64,000 nt of DNA from positions 1-64,000 of IMG/VR virus record IMGVR_UViG_3300033999_000083; one strand, written 5' to 3'. The position numbers were made by a program, and so were the translations under genes. The DNA comes from a virus (lineage: Duplodnaviria; Caudoviricetes). The stretch's first letter is position 1; every line of letters starts with the position of its first letter. The notes under the pieces were generated by a model, which had not been told where the DNA came from, made no database searches, and saw nothing but the letters and a program-made list of their open reading frames with translations. Below, one piece after another: positions 22,036-33,592 of the stretch.

Positions 22036-22368
22036 ATGTCAATGTTTGATACAATAGAAGTTCCAAAAGAATTTCTACCATTACCTAACAACTTTATAAA
22101 AACACTTCCAGATGTTATTAGTTTTCAAACAAGAGATTTAGGAGAGAATTTAGATACTTATATAGTAGATGATACTGCGCAATTAATAGAATATGTTATT
22201 AATAGTGAGGGTACTACCTACTATTCTAATTATGACTATGATGGGTATGTATTATTTTATGGATATATAAATGAAACAATGTATGAATTTAAAGCTAATT
22301 TTTCTAATGGTAAACTGATATCTGTAGTAAATTCCGATAACACTATTAAAACAATAATAATTTTATAA
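22036..22368 (+). CDS. hypothetical protein
   Basis: MSMFDTI...FQTRDL...EFKANFSNGKL. Confidence 0.65.
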   Translation: MSMFDTIEVPKEFLPLPNNFIKTLPDVISFQTRDLGENLDTYIVDDTAQLIEYVINSEGTTYYSNYDYDGYVLFYGYINETMYEFKANFSNGKLISVVNSDNTIKTIIIL

Positions 22369-22778
22369 TGTATATAATTTATACTGATGGAGCTTGTAAA
22401 AGTTCTAATAAAACTGGAGGATGGGCTTTTGTAGTAATCAAAGATGATAAAAAGATTTATTTTGATTTTAACTCAGAAGACGACACAACAAATAATCGCA
22501 TGGAAATAACAGCTTGTATCAAAGCTCTTGAATATTGTATTGATAATAATATAAAAGAAGTGGTGATTCAAACTGATTCCATGTATGTAATTGGTACTAT
22601 TAAATATGGTTGGAAAAGAAATGTTAATAATGATTTATGGCCAGTATTAAGTAGTATGTGTAATCGTGTTAGAGTGGTATGGCAACATGTTAAAGGACAT
22701 AATGGAGATAAATATAATTCTCTTTGTGATTCTTTAGCTTCTGTTGCAAGTAATTATAAAAAAATAAAGAAAGTATGA
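22368..22778 (+). CDS. rnhA: ribonuclease HI
   Basis: YTDGAC, GGW, TTNNRME, TDSMY, HVKGH.G...N..CD.LA. Confidence 0.95.
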   Translation: MYIIYTDGACKSSNKTGGWAFVVIKDDKKIYFDFNSEDDTTNNRMEITACIKALEYCIDNNIKEVVIQTDSMYVIGTIKYGWKRNVNNDLWPVLSSMCNRVRVVWQHVKGHNGDKYNSLCDSLASVASNYKKIKKV

Positions 22779-23338
22779 TAAGAACAATCGTAGAAGAGAG
22801 GACTAAGAATATAGCAGTTATGGATGTATTTTCCAAATTAGCCCAAAATAGAATTGTATATATAGATGGCCCTATAGACGATGAATTGGCTAATGGAGTT
22901 ATATCTCAACTACTATATTTAGATTCTCTTAATAATAATGAAATATCTATTTATATAAACTCTTATGGAGGTTATATATATGATGGGTTAGGTATTATAG
23001 ATGCTATGAATTTAATTAAAAGTCCTGTAAAAACAGTTTGTATAGGAAAAGCTATGAGTATGGCAGCTATAATTTTAATTTGTGGTAAGACTAGATATGC
23101 CACAGAAAATGCAACAATAATGTTACATGAACCTTCTGGAGGTACAATAGGTACATTTAGAGAAGTAGAAACTACTTATAAGGAAATAGAGAGAACAAAA
23201 AACATACTCTATGGTATTATTAGGAAAAAAACAAATATTTCTGACCCAGAAGATATTTTAGATAGAGATGTATATTATACACCAATAGATGCTAAAAAGT
23301 TAAACATAATAGATGAGATTTTAATTGGAGAATTCTAA
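22775..23338 (+). CDS. clpP: ATP-dependent Clp protease proteolytic subunit
   Basis: DVFSKL...RI, YINSYGG, G.AMSMA (Ser), IMLHEP (His), DRD (Asp). Confidence 0.92.
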   Translation: MIRTIVEERTKNIAVMDVFSKLAQNRIVYIDGPIDDELANGVISQLLYLDSLNNNEISIYINSYGGYIYDGLGIIDAMNLIKSPVKTVCIGKAMSMAAIILICGKTRYATENATIMLHEPSGGTIGTFREVETTYKEIERTKNILYGIIRKKTNISDPEDILDRDVYYTPIDAKKLNIIDEILIGEF

Positions 23339-23648
23339 ATTGATTTATATAAAAGATGATGAAGTTGTATATGCAGGAAACTCATTTATATATGAAGTAA
23401 GTGTATATAATTATTTTAAAAATTATTTTTCATTAGTTAAAACAACTTTATATGAATCAAAGATTCCAATAAAACATACAATTAGATCATTTTTTATAAA
23501 CAAGTACACAGAGATATGTTGTGATTTATATCAAGCACCTCTGGAATATTTAATTGATAATAATTATGAGTCGCAAGCAAACTTTAATAAGCGAAAAATT
23601 AAGCACAATGCTAGTAAAACAACTAGCTCACGAACTAAAAAATTATAA
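23325..23648 (+). CDS. hypothetical protein
   Basis: ORF overlapping the ferritin start. Confidence 0.45.
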   Translation: MENSKLIYIKDDEVVYAGNSFIYEVSVYNYFKNYFSLVKTTLYESKIPIKHTIRSFFINKYTEICCDLYQAPLEYLIDNNYESQANFNKRKIKHNASKTTSSRTKKL

Positions 23649-24069
23649 TCTGTATAAAACTTTTGCAAACTATTTTGATGTGGAAGGTGTAGTTGATTTA
23701 GCAGAATACTATAGTAAGAGGGCTGATGAAGAATTCAAACACCAAGATTGGATATATAAATACTTAACTGATGCTGATATAGTATTTCAATATCCAGCCA
23801 TAGAAGCTAATAATTATGTAGTAAAAAACTATGTAGAACCTTTTCAGTTAACTGTGGATAGAGAAATTGAAACTACTGATGGGATTTATAAAATTTATGA
23901 AGAAGCTCAGATGGAAAAGGATTATATGACAGTAGTATGGTTACAACAACATCTTGTTCCAGAACAAATAGAAGAAGAAAATACTAGTAGGATGGCATTA
24001 GTTATAATGGAAGAAGATGCAGATTTATATATTAAAGCAGAACGTGTTCTACATTTACTTGATAAATAA
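23566..24069 (+). CDS. ferritin-like protein
   Basis: Q..HE...Y..Y, EE..H, E..TT..I, EQIEEE ferroxidase pattern. Confidence 0.85.
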   Translation: MSRKQTLISEKLSTMLVKQLAHELKNYNLYKTFANYFDVEGVVDLAEYYSKRADEEFKHQDWIYKYLTDADIVFQYPAIEANNYVVKNYVEPFQLTVDREIETTDGIYKIYEEAQMEKDYMTVVWLQQHLVPEQIEEENTSRMALVIMEEDADLYIKAERVLHLLDK

Positions 24070-24541
24070 TGATTTTTTTGGTTCTAAATAAAGAAACTGA
24101 CGAATTAGTAGAAGTTCTTAAAGATCCTACTAAAGAATATTTGGAAAAATACACAGAAGAACACCCAAACGTATATATACGAGATGAAAATTACTTAATA
24201 GATAAACAATTTTATGAAGATGGTATAGACTACAATGATCTATGGTAGAAAAAGTAGAAAGAGTAGAATTAGTAGCAGTAAGGGAAGGATCATATACTAT
24301 CTACGTATTTAAAAAGGTAGAAGACTCTGAATATATTATGTGTACCAGACTTCCTAATTGGAATGTTCCTGATGTGCATATAGGAGAAAAAGGATTTCTA
24401 AATTATCAGATAGTTAAAGCTGGAGAAACATATTATAATCCTTCAATCGATGAAACTGTTAAATATCAATACTCTAATATCTACTTTATCAACTTCATAA
24501 AGGAATCAGATGTAACAGACAACGATAGTATTATAATATGA
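24069..24541 (+). CDS. two small hypothetical proteins (24069-24248, 24242-24541)
   Basis: 59-aa ORF below the track cutoff plus a 99-aa ORF, both coupled. Confidence 0.6.
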
Positions 24542-25362
24542 TAGAAAAAAGTATAAATCAAGATATAAATTCTTTTACTTGGAAATGGGAAAAAGAGTTA
24601 ACTGATAAAGGAGAGTATAAACAGAAAGAGTGTAAGATGGTTGACATGACTGAGGATGAGCTAAGACTAGCTTATAATCAATGTAAAACTATGTTATATA
24701 ATAGAGATCCTGATAAAAGTGGAAGATATCTAGTACTTGAAAGTATATATGATCAAAGAAATAGATGTGGAGCAGAACTATTCTTACGATATGCCGAAAG
24801 AACAAAAGGCATTAGTAGAATAAGTCTCATAAACTCTATTAATGAATTTATGTTAAATAATAAAGAAGCTCTTGCTAGTATTAAACCAACTTTAGATATA
24901 GCTTTTCAAAACTTACCAGATGAATTTAAAAACATACCACTAGACTTAGTGTTAGATGGCTGTCTGGATAGATTAGGAGCTTTTTCTAAAAAGCATATAA
25001 CAAGAACTTTTATTTTAAAACAGGGGGTTTGGTTAACTCCTGCTGAAGCTATTGACCTTACAGAATTAGATAAGGACAATAAACCTATAAATAAGTTAGA
25101 TGTAATTAGGGAACGTCTAAATATAAAGGAGGTTGAAAAACTATCCCTAAATTCCAAAGGTTTAAGTTATACAGAATTAAGAGCTATGCTTACATTAAGA
25201 CCCAATAAAAAATACAGGGACTTAACTACTGTACAACTAGAAACTTTAAGAAATAAAATTTTATTTATTCTAGAAGAAAATGTTAGGAAACATATAGACT
25301 TCTGGGAAGATAAAATAGATCAAATAGAAAAAGTAGCAAAATACAAAAATATAAAACTTTAA
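24538..25362 (+). CDS. hypothetical protein
   Basis: 274-aa ORF, ATGA overlap. Confidence 0.75.
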   Translation: MIEKSINQDINSFTWKWEKELTDKGEYKQKECKMVDMTEDELRLAYNQCKTMLYNRDPDKSGRYLVLESIYDQRNRCGAELFLRYAERTKGISRISLINSINEFMLNNKEALASIKPTLDIAFQNLPDEFKNIPLDLVLDGCLDRLGAFSKKHITRTFILKQGVWLTPAEAIDLTELDKDNKPINKLDVIRERLNIKEVEKLSLNSKGLSYTELRAMLTLRPNKKYRDLTTVQLETLRNKILFILEENVRKHIDFWEDKIDQIEKVAKYKNIKL

Positions 25363-25363
25363 T

Positions 25364-26018
25364 ATGGATAAATATTACTTTTTTAAAGACGAGAGAGTAT
25401 CAATTTGGCATAGAACATATTTTACTGTAGAAGCTGATTCTATTGAAGAAGCTGTAGATAAAATAAAGTCAGATCCATATAGTTTAGATTTTGATGGTGT
25501 AGAAATAACTGATTCTGAATTTTTATATGATAGTATGGAATTACTCTCTACTAATGCAGTAGGTGGAGCTACACTAGAAGTATTTGAGGATGATGGAGAT
25601 ATGATATATAATAACTATGAATAATATAAATGAAAAGAAATTTACTAGTTCTTTAAAGTATATTAAAAAAGTAATTAGTAACATTAGTTCCTACTATGAA
25701 TTACCAGAAGAAGTTAAAAGTATAATTAGTAAAGAAGATTTCGATAATCTGAAACAAATACTAAGAAATAGGTATGAATATTGTATAAAGAAAAAGGTAA
25801 TGATTATTAAAGAAACAACTTTTTTTGTATTTGCAGAAAGTAAAGAAGAAGCTGATAAAAAAGCAATTGAAATTGTTGCAAATAATATTAAAGTTGAGTC
25901 TACTAATATAGTTCTCAGACCTAGTACAATGGAAGATGTACCTCCAAAAGAAGGTGAACCAACAATAGAACTTTACTCAACTTTAGATAGTCAAAATATT
26001 TTATACAAAAATGGATAA
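25364..26018 (+). CDS. two related hypothetical proteins (25364-25624, 25617-26018)
   Basis: Shared T.F.V.A(D/E)S.EEA..K motif. Confidence 0.7.
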
Positions 26019-29000
26019 ATATTTAATAGAATATGGTTTAGAAAATAAAGATAAAATAATTGAAATTATATACTGTAATCATTATCTAGATGCAATAGAT
26101 ATAGCTCAATCTAGGGCTATAAAGCTTTTAGATGATATTAAAGAATATAAAAACTTAAAAGAAGAAATCTATAAAACTTACAATTATAATCCTTTTACAC
26201 CGTATGCCTATTATTTATCAACTATTTTAAGTCTTATAACATACAGTGTGGAAAAAATAGACAAAGATCAATCTATAATATATTTAGTATCTAATGAAGC
26301 TAGTTTATTTGATAGTAAATTTAAAACTATATCTTTAGATAGGGCTATACAATTACTCAGTGAGTGTGACATTCTAGGATTAGATTCTGAAACTGAAGGG
26401 TTAGATCCCTATACAAAGGCTCTATTGTTACTTCAGATTGGTAATAAAGAATTTCAAGTGGTATTTGATATAGCTAGCTTTGGTGGTATAATACCTAAGA
26501 AGTTAGTTAATTTTTTAAATAACTATCCAAATACTTTTATATTACAGAATGCTAAATTTGATTTAAAATTCTTATTTAAACAAGGGGTAATACTTAAAAG
26601 AGTATTTGATACTATGCTCTGTGAAATAATTCTTACTAATGGATTAGAATATGAAGGTAGGGATTTAAAGAGTTTGGCAAAGAAATATTGTAATGTAGAA
26701 TTAGATAAATCTGTTAGAGGGGAAATTATAAGTAATGGTTTATCTAGTGCTGTAATAGAATATGGAGCTAATGATGTAAAGTATCTTCCAGAAATAAGAG
26801 AGAAACAATTAATAGAAGTTAATAAATACAATCTTAAAGGTGCAGTAGATTTAGATAATACGTTTGTGGTAGTCTTAGCTTATACTGAATATTGCGGTAT
26901 AAAGTTAGATTATGAAAAATGGAAGATAAAAGTATTAAAAAATATAGAGACTGCTGAGAAATATAAAAAAGAATTAGAAGATTATATTTATAACGATAAA
27001 AAATATGAATACTTTTCTGGAATGGTAGATATGTTCACAGGAAAGCAGGAATGTATTATCAATTGGGATTCTCCAAAACAAGTTACTAAACTTCTTAAAG
27101 AGTATGGTGTTAATACTGAAATAGTAATTAAAGGAGAAAAGAAAGAATCTATAGATTCTAAAGTTTTAGAACCTCAACAAGATCAATTTCCTATTATAAA
27201 GCCATATCTTAAATATAAAGAAATGCAAAAAGAAGTTAGTACTTATGGATATAACTGGAAAAACTATATAAATCCTATTACTGGCAGAATACATACTTCT
27301 TTTACCCAAATACTTAACACAGGGCGTATGTCATCTGGAAATAAGTATGAAAACCTTCCCAATATTCAAAACCTACCTCGAGGAGAAGATACTAGGTCTT
27401 GTTTTATAAGTGAACCAGGAAATTTACTAATTGATGCAGACTATGCAAGCCAAGAACAAATAGTCTTAGCTAACTTCTCTAAAGAACCTAATCTTTTAGA
27501 ATTTTATCATAGAGGTTTTCAAGATATGCACAGCTATGTAGCTTTTTTAATGTATAAAGACATTAGGAAATGCACTGTAGAAGAATTAACTCCTGAAAAA
27601 CTTTCATACGTTAAAGAAGAATACTCAGAGAAAAGAAGAATTGCTAAATCTGCTGGATTTGCGATGAACAAACCATTTTATTTAATTTAGGTGTAACTGA
27701 ACTTAAAAATAAAAAATTTGCCATTAACTACTAATTTATGACAAAACTTTTTATTATATTTGTGTGTAATTAAAATACATAAATATGGATAAAAATAAAA
27801 TAAATGAACTATTAGAAGATTATTCTTCTGGAATGTCTTTAAAAGACATTAAAAGTAAATACCAGACTAGTTCTGATACAATTTATAAATTAGTAGATGC
27901 TAATGGCATAAATAGAAAGAATTATAAAAATTTAGATAAATTTTATGACTTAAATAATCCTGAAACACAATATTGGCTAGGATATATATGTGCAGATGGA
28001 AATATTCAATACGATATTGTTAAAAGAATATATAAAGTATCTTTGTTTAGTAAGGAAGAAGAACCTATCAACAGATTTAAAGAGTATTTTGGAAATATGG
28101 TATGTATTCATAGAAGACCTACAGGTATCATTGAAGCATACATAAATTCTAAAAAATTATGTGAATACTTTATAAATGTTCTAAACATACTTCCTAATAA
28201 ATCTTTAATTCTAGATCCTAATTTAGAATTTACAACAAATTTTATATTAGGATATTTTGATGGAGACGGTTCTATAATGAATAGTTCTGAAACTAGAATT
28301 AGATATGAAACTAAAATAACAAGTGGTAGTAAAACCTTTATCAATAAAATATGTAAAATATTAGATAATAAGGGTATCTACTATATACTTAGAGAAAAAA
28401 GCAGTGCTTTTGACATTAGTATTGAGAGAAAAGAAGAGTCTAAAAAATTTTATAATTGAATTTATTCTGAAAAAGTTTGGTGTTTATCACGAAAATTAAA
28501 TAACTTTGTCGCTCTCTTTGGAAACTTAGAGATAAATAATCGGGAGAATTGCGGGGAAATTAATGGACAATCCGCAGCCGAACTATCTGAATAGCATAAA
28601 AGTAAGATAGGAGGTTCAACGACTAACAATTGAGGAGCTAATCCAATAATATTGACACGAGTACCCGACACCTAAGGAGAAATCTATGGTGAAGATATAG
28701 TCTGAGCTATATAGTAATATATAGAAGTAAGTATAAAGAGACTTACGATAACATAACTGAAATTATGGAGGAAATGGTAGTACTATAGCTAAAAATTGTA
28801 ACATAAGCAAAGCAGAAGGAGATTTTGTATATAATTCATATTTTGAAGCCTTCCCTAAACTCAAAGATTATTTTGATCTAATGTTTAGAAAATCAGCTTA
28901 TTCTGGATATATAGAGTATAATCATGTAACTAAAAGAAAATATTTCTTTAATAAAGAAACCAATGATTATTACAGATATAAAGATATAGTAGAAAAGAAT

Positions 29001-30397
29001 CTACTTTATGAAGAAGACAACCCAAGAGATGTTATATCTAAATATAATAGAGCTAAAAATGAGATACAACGCCTATCTCAAAACTATCCTATAATTGAAT
29101 GGGACTTTATACAGTAATGTATATCGAAAATTGGGTGAATTGCTGGAAACCTAAGTATTATTAAATATAAGGCAATCAGCAGCCAAGCTAGTGAATATCT
29201 TAATGTAACTAGAAGGTTCAGAGACTAGAGGGTGAGTAGATAAACAATAACCTCTCAAAAAGCGCCCGACAACCAATAAATTGGTTGATAATATAGTCCA
29301 ATCTACATCTAAAGATGTAGCAAGATTTTTTAAAAATTATACATTTTATGTGTTGATAATTTTATATCTTTGTATTATTAATAATTTTAAATACAAAGAA
29401 AATGGAAAAAGTAAAAACATGTAAAATTTGTAATTTGAGTGAACCAGAGGTAGAATTTTATAAGAATTCTGGTTCAAAATGTAAAAAATGTAAAAATAGA
29501 GAAGACAGCAGGAGAAGGGCTGAGAAAGCTGGTAGAGAGTATATTCCTAGAGAAAAAGTAGAAGTACCCGAAGAATATAAACTCTGTACTAAGTGTAAAA
29601 GAGTATTACCTATAGATGATTTTTATGTATTAGGGGCAACTAATAAAGACGGTACTAATAGAATATATTCAAGATGTAAAGAATGTGAAAGACAAATTGT
29701 CTTAGAGCATCCTAACAGAAAAGAATATATTGAGAAATCTAATAAAAATAAGTTAGAAAAATCTCAAGAAGACCCTGATTATAGAGATTATCTAAATGAA
29801 ATAAACAAAAAATATTATCATAGTGAAAAAGGTATAATTGCACACATGCTTTATGAGGCTAAGAAAAGAGCTGCTAAGAAGAATTTAGAGTTTGATCTTA
29901 CAGAAGAAGATATTATATTACCTACACACTGTCCTATTTTAGAAACAGAGTTTGTAAAAGGTGATAGTTCTGATTATTCTATGACATATTCTTTAGATAG
30001 AATAGATAACTCTAAGGGATATGTTAAAGGAAATGTAAGAGTAATTTCTATGTTAGCTAACTCAATGAAGAACTCAGCTACACCAGAACAACTAGAAGCA
30101 TTCTCTAGAAACATTTTAAACTACATTAAAAAATCTTAAATGATTCAAGGCTCTTCAGCAGATATAACTAAGTATGCAGGAATACTATTTATGAGAGAGA
30201 TTCTTAAAAGAGATTGGTTTATGAAAGTAAAAATAGTAAATTTTGTTCATGATGAGATACTAGTTGAAGCTCCTAAAGAGATAGCTGAAGAAGTTAAAGA
30301 TGTTTTAGTAAGTTGCATGGAAGAAGCTGGAAAGCCTTTCTGTAAGATATTACCTTTACATGCTGAAGCATTAATAGGAGATCACTGGGTTCATTAA
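26011..30397 (+). CDS. polA: family A DNA polymerase, spliced (exons 26011-27665, 28760-29090, 30143-30397; 746 aa)
   Basis: Exo LGLDSETEG, QNAKFDL; TGRMSS, DADYASQE; splicing restores AKSAGFAI|NYGG and QNYP|IQGSSAD; VHDE. Confidence 0.95.
27666..28759 (+). mobile_element. group I intron 1 of polA, LAGLIDADG ORF in loop L1
   Basis: GAATTGCGGGGAA, AATCCGCAGCCGAA, GTTCAACGACTA, GAAGATATAGTCT; IGS GTCGC (28508) pairs with exon GCGAT. Confidence 0.92.
27785..28594 (+). CDS. LAGLIDADG homing endonuclease with in-frame TGA (Trp) at 28457
   Basis: YWLGYICADG, FILGYFDGDG; readthrough gives KKFYN(W)IYSEKVWCLSRK, a typical C-terminal motif. Confidence 0.85.
29091..30142 (+). mobile_element. group I intron 2 of polA, HNH-type ORF after the core
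   Basis: GAATTGCTGGAAA, AATCAGCAGCCAAG, GTTCAGAGACTA, ATAATATAGTCC; P1 TCCT/GGGA. Confidence 0.92.
29402..30139 (+). CDS. His-Me finger (HNH-like) homing endonuclease with Zn ribbons
   Basis: Multiple CxxC; CPIL, SLDRIDNSKGYVKGNVRVIS..AN.MK. Confidence 0.85.
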   Translation: MEKVKTCKICNLSEPEVEFYKNSGSKCKKCKNREDSRRRAEKAGREYIPREKVEVPEEYKLCTKCKRVLPIDDFYVLGATNKDGTNRIYSRCKECERQIVLEHPNRKEYIEKSNKNKLEKSQEDPDYRDYLNEINKKYYHSEKGIIAHMLYEAKKRAAKKNLEFDLTEEDIILPTHCPILETEFVKGDSSDYSMTYSLDRIDNSKGYVKGNVRVISMLANSMKNSATPEQLEAFSRNILNYIKKS

Positions 30398-30484
30398 GAT
30401 TGTTAGTTCAAAAATATCAATATTTTCATTTTTTAGGTAGATATTTTTTGTAACTTTACAGTCCAATTAAAATTAGAATATGTA

Positions 30485-31708
30485 ATGAATAGAACTGAGA
30501 GACAGAATTTATCAGTTTCAAAATGGATTAAGGCTGGTGGTAGAGGTGTAGTAGTTGCTGCTACAGGGGTGGGTAAAACTATGATAGCATTAATTGCTAT
30601 TAAATCTTTTCTGTCCAAAAATCCAAATAAAGTTGTTAAGATAATAGTTCCTACAGAACCATTAAAACTACAATGGATATCAGAACTTAATAAATACAAT
30701 TTAAATGCTTCAGTAGAAATAATAAATTCAGCTATTAGGAAAGAAGAATATGTAGATTTGTTAATATTAGATGAAATACATAGATATTTCTCTGATACAT
30801 TTGTAAATATTTTTAAAATAAAACATCCAAAACTTATCTTAGGATTGTCTGCAACATTTCATAGGCTAGATGGAAAACAAAAAATAATACAAAAGTATTG
30901 TCCTATTGTGGACACAATATCAATTCAAGAGGCTTTAGAAAATGGGTGGTTATCTAATTATAGGGAATATAAAGTTCTTATAGAAGTAGATGACTATCCT
31001 GTATATCAACAAGCTTCTTCTGATTTTCAAGAAACTTTTAGTATATTTAATTATGATTTTAAACTAGCTATGAAATGTCTTACTAATATATTATATAGAA
31101 GACAATATGGCAAATCTTTAGGAATGTCACCAAAAGATATGGATGCTATAGTATTTACTTGGAATAGGGCTCTTAAGAAAAGAAAAGATTTTGTAATGAA
31201 TCATCCATCTAAAATTGCTATAACAAGAAAAATTCTTGCTTCAAGACCTTTTTCTAAAGCAATAACTTTTTCTGGAACTATATCTCAGTCAGAAAAAATA
31301 GGTTCTGGTTATATAGTAAATTCCAAAAAGACTAAAAAAGAAAATAGAGCAATTATAGAGAAATTCTCTAAATTGTCTTGTGGTATAATAAATACTAGTA
31401 AAGTCTTAAATGAGGGAATAGATATTCCAGGATTAAATTTAGCTGTTATTCTTACTAATTCTTCTTCTCCTACAGAAAAAACTCAAAGAATAGGTAGAGT
31501 TATAAGAAAGGAAGAGGACAAAATAGCTGAAGTATTTACTTTAGTAATTAAAGATACTATTGAAGAAAGATGGTTTGAAAACAGTAGTCAGTTTTCTGAT
31601 TATATAGAAATAACTGAGGAAGAACTTGATTTAGTATTAAATAATTCTGATTTTAGATCAGATAAAATAGAAACTGGAAAAGAGGTAGATGAACTTTTTA
31701 GGAACTAA
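30485..31708 (+). CDS. superfamily 2 DExH helicase
   Basis: ATGVGKT, LLILDEIH, GLSAT, LNEGIDIP, QRIGRVIR. Confidence 0.92.
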   Translation: MNRTERQNLSVSKWIKAGGRGVVVAATGVGKTMIALIAIKSFLSKNPNKVVKIIVPTEPLKLQWISELNKYNLNASVEIINSAIRKEEYVDLLILDEIHRYFSDTFVNIFKIKHPKLILGLSATFHRLDGKQKIIQKYCPIVDTISIQEALENGWLSNYREYKVLIEVDDYPVYQQASSDFQETFSIFNYDFKLAMKCLTNILYRRQYGKSLGMSPKDMDAIVFTWNRALKKRKDFVMNHPSKIAITRKILASRPFSKAITFSGTISQSEKIGSGYIVNSKKTKKENRAIIEKFSKLSCGIINTSKVLNEGIDIPGLNLAVILTNSSSPTEKTQRIGRVIRKEEDKIAEVFTLVIKDTIEERWFENSSQFSDYIEITEEELDLVLNNSDFRSDKIETGKEVDELFRN

Positions 31709-31729
31709 AATAGATAGACATACTAAACC

Positions 31730-31879
31730 ATGACAGTAGAGCGAATGTTAGAATACTTAATGTGTAGAAATATATTATTAAGTAGAGTGGAAATGACTCC
31801 AGAGGAAACAGCTTCTCTGGAAAATAGACTAAGGTTGCTGGAAGATGAATTTGTAGTAGAATACAGATTACCAGCGTAA
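31730..31879 (+). CDS. small hypothetical protein (49 aa)
   Basis: MTVERMLEYL...EYRLPA fills the gap. Confidence 0.55.
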   Translation: MTVERMLEYLMCRNILLSRVEMTPEETASLENRLRLLEDEFVVEYRLPA

Positions 31880-31914
31880 TTCTTAAACAAAGGTAATCTG
31901 AATAAATATTTAAT

Positions 31915-32526
31915 ATGAATTCAGACTTATCCTTTAGAGAGGAAATTCAAATTTATATAGATAGTGGACTTACTCCATCTGAACTATTTATATTAAGATT
32001 GCTATTTTTAGCACAAGATGGAGAATTACAGTTAATAAATAACTATTTGAGTAATACAGTTAATGGAAAAGAAGTTTTCAGAACTGTATTAAGGACATTA
32101 CAAGAAAAGGGTATTATATTAGCTTCTTTTAAACTTCCTAAAGAAGGAGAAGTACTAAAATACACAGACATACCAATTAATAAAAACTTTGTAAAAAAGT
32201 ATATAAAAGAATCTCATCAAGCAGGTAAAGAATTCTTTGGTACTTATCCACCATTTATATATATAAATGGAAAAATGGCCTCTATTAAGAATATAACTAA
32301 AGCAGGTTTATTTAGTATAGATGATTTTTGTTTATATTATAATAAACACATAAAAACGTCATCCATAACTCATGAAAGAATTATGGAAGATTTAAAATAT
32401 GCTATAGAAAACGGTTTAATCCATTATTCTATTATTGAATTTCTAGCTAGTCAAAAATATTTAGAGATAGAATATATTAGAGATTCTGGAGAAGTAGCTG
32501 GATACAAAAATAGTGAGTTATTATAG
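31915..32526 (+). CDS. hypothetical protein preceding the replicative helicase (possible loader or initiator)
   Basis: Position and winged-helix-like N-terminus; function inferred. Confidence 0.6.
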   Translation: MNSDLSFREEIQIYIDSGLTPSELFILRLLFLAQDGELQLINNYLSNTVNGKEVFRTVLRTLQEKGIILASFKLPKEGEVLKYTDIPINKNFVKKYIKESHQAGKEFFGTYPPFIYINGKMASIKNITKAGLFSIDDFCLYYNKHIKTSSITHERIMEDLKYAIENGLIHYSIIEFLASQKYLEIEYIRDSGEVAGYKNSELL

Positions 32527-32527
32527 T

Positions 32528-33589
32528 ATGGTAGTAGAAAGCTTACTAAAACAAATAGAAGATGGTAGGTCTGGAAAGAATATAGGTATTTCTATGGGAT
32601 TACCTGCTATAGATAAAGTTCTTTATGGTATTCAGAGAAGATATATATATACAATAGGAGCCGATACTTCTGGAGGAAAGACAAGTTTTGGATTAGATAT
32701 ATTTGTATATAATCTTATTAAAAATGCTGGAAGTAGAAAAGTTAATATTTTATATTACTCTTTTGAAATGGCTTCTGAAGTATTATATGCAAAATTATTA
32801 TCTAGATATATATATGATGAGTATCATGTAGTTATCACTTTTGAAGAAATATTATCATTAACTAAACCTATTAGTGATGATAAACTCAAAATAGTAAATA
32901 AATGTGTTCCATTTTTAAATAAACTGGAAAATACCCTTACTATATATGATAGACCCTTATCTCCTAATTATATATATGGCACATTAAAAGATTGGCTAAA
33001 AAGATTTGGTACTTTTATTCCTATCAATGAACATAAAGAAGATTATGTAGAAAATGATATAGAAGAATATAAAGTAGCTATAATCGATCATATGGGGTTG
33101 ATTTCAGGGCCAGGAACTAAAAAAGAAAGAATAGATACTGTCGTAGATTATTTTATATATTTTAGAAATAAATGTGGATTAACTGGTGTATTTATTCAGC
33201 AGTTAAATAGAGGACAAAAGTCTATGGACAGGAAGCTTAATGGATACGAGCTTACTCAACTCGATGATTTTAAAGATACTTCAGGAACTACTGATGGCTC
33301 TGAAGTTGTATTAGCTTTATATTATCCATATAGAGAGAAAATACCAAGAGTTGAAGGATATCCTATACAAAATGTCCTTAAAGATAGGTTTAGGCTGGTT
33401 ATGGTACTTAAAAACAGGTTTGGGAAGTCTGATGTTAATAAAGGAGTAGTATTTCATGGTGAAATAGGAATGTTTAGAGAATTACCAAAGCCTGAAGAAA
33501 TTACTGATTATTCAGAATATTTATTATTAACTGGAGCAGATAAATCAACTACAATAGATAACGATGATAGGAATGTTTTTAAATTATAG
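32528..33589 (+). CDS. dnaB: DnaB-like replicative helicase
   Basis: GADTSGGKT, SFEM, IIDH, QQLNR, DFKDT, LKNRFG. Confidence 0.9.
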   Translation: MVVESLLKQIEDGRSGKNIGISMGLPAIDKVLYGIQRRYIYTIGADTSGGKTSFGLDIFVYNLIKNAGSRKVNILYYSFEMASEVLYAKLLSRYIYDEYHVVITFEEILSLTKPISDDKLKIVNKCVPFLNKLENTLTIYDRPLSPNYIYGTLKDWLKRFGTFIPINEHKEDYVENDIEEYKVAIIDHMGLISGPGTKKERIDTVVDYFIYFRNKCGLTGVFIQQLNRGQKSMDRKLNGYELTQLDDFKDTSGTTDGSEVVLALYYPYREKIPRVEGYPIQNVLKDRFRLVMVLKNRFGKSDVNKGVVFHGEIGMFRELPKPEEITDYSEYLLLTGADKSTTIDNDDRNVFKL

Positions 33590-33592
33590 ATA

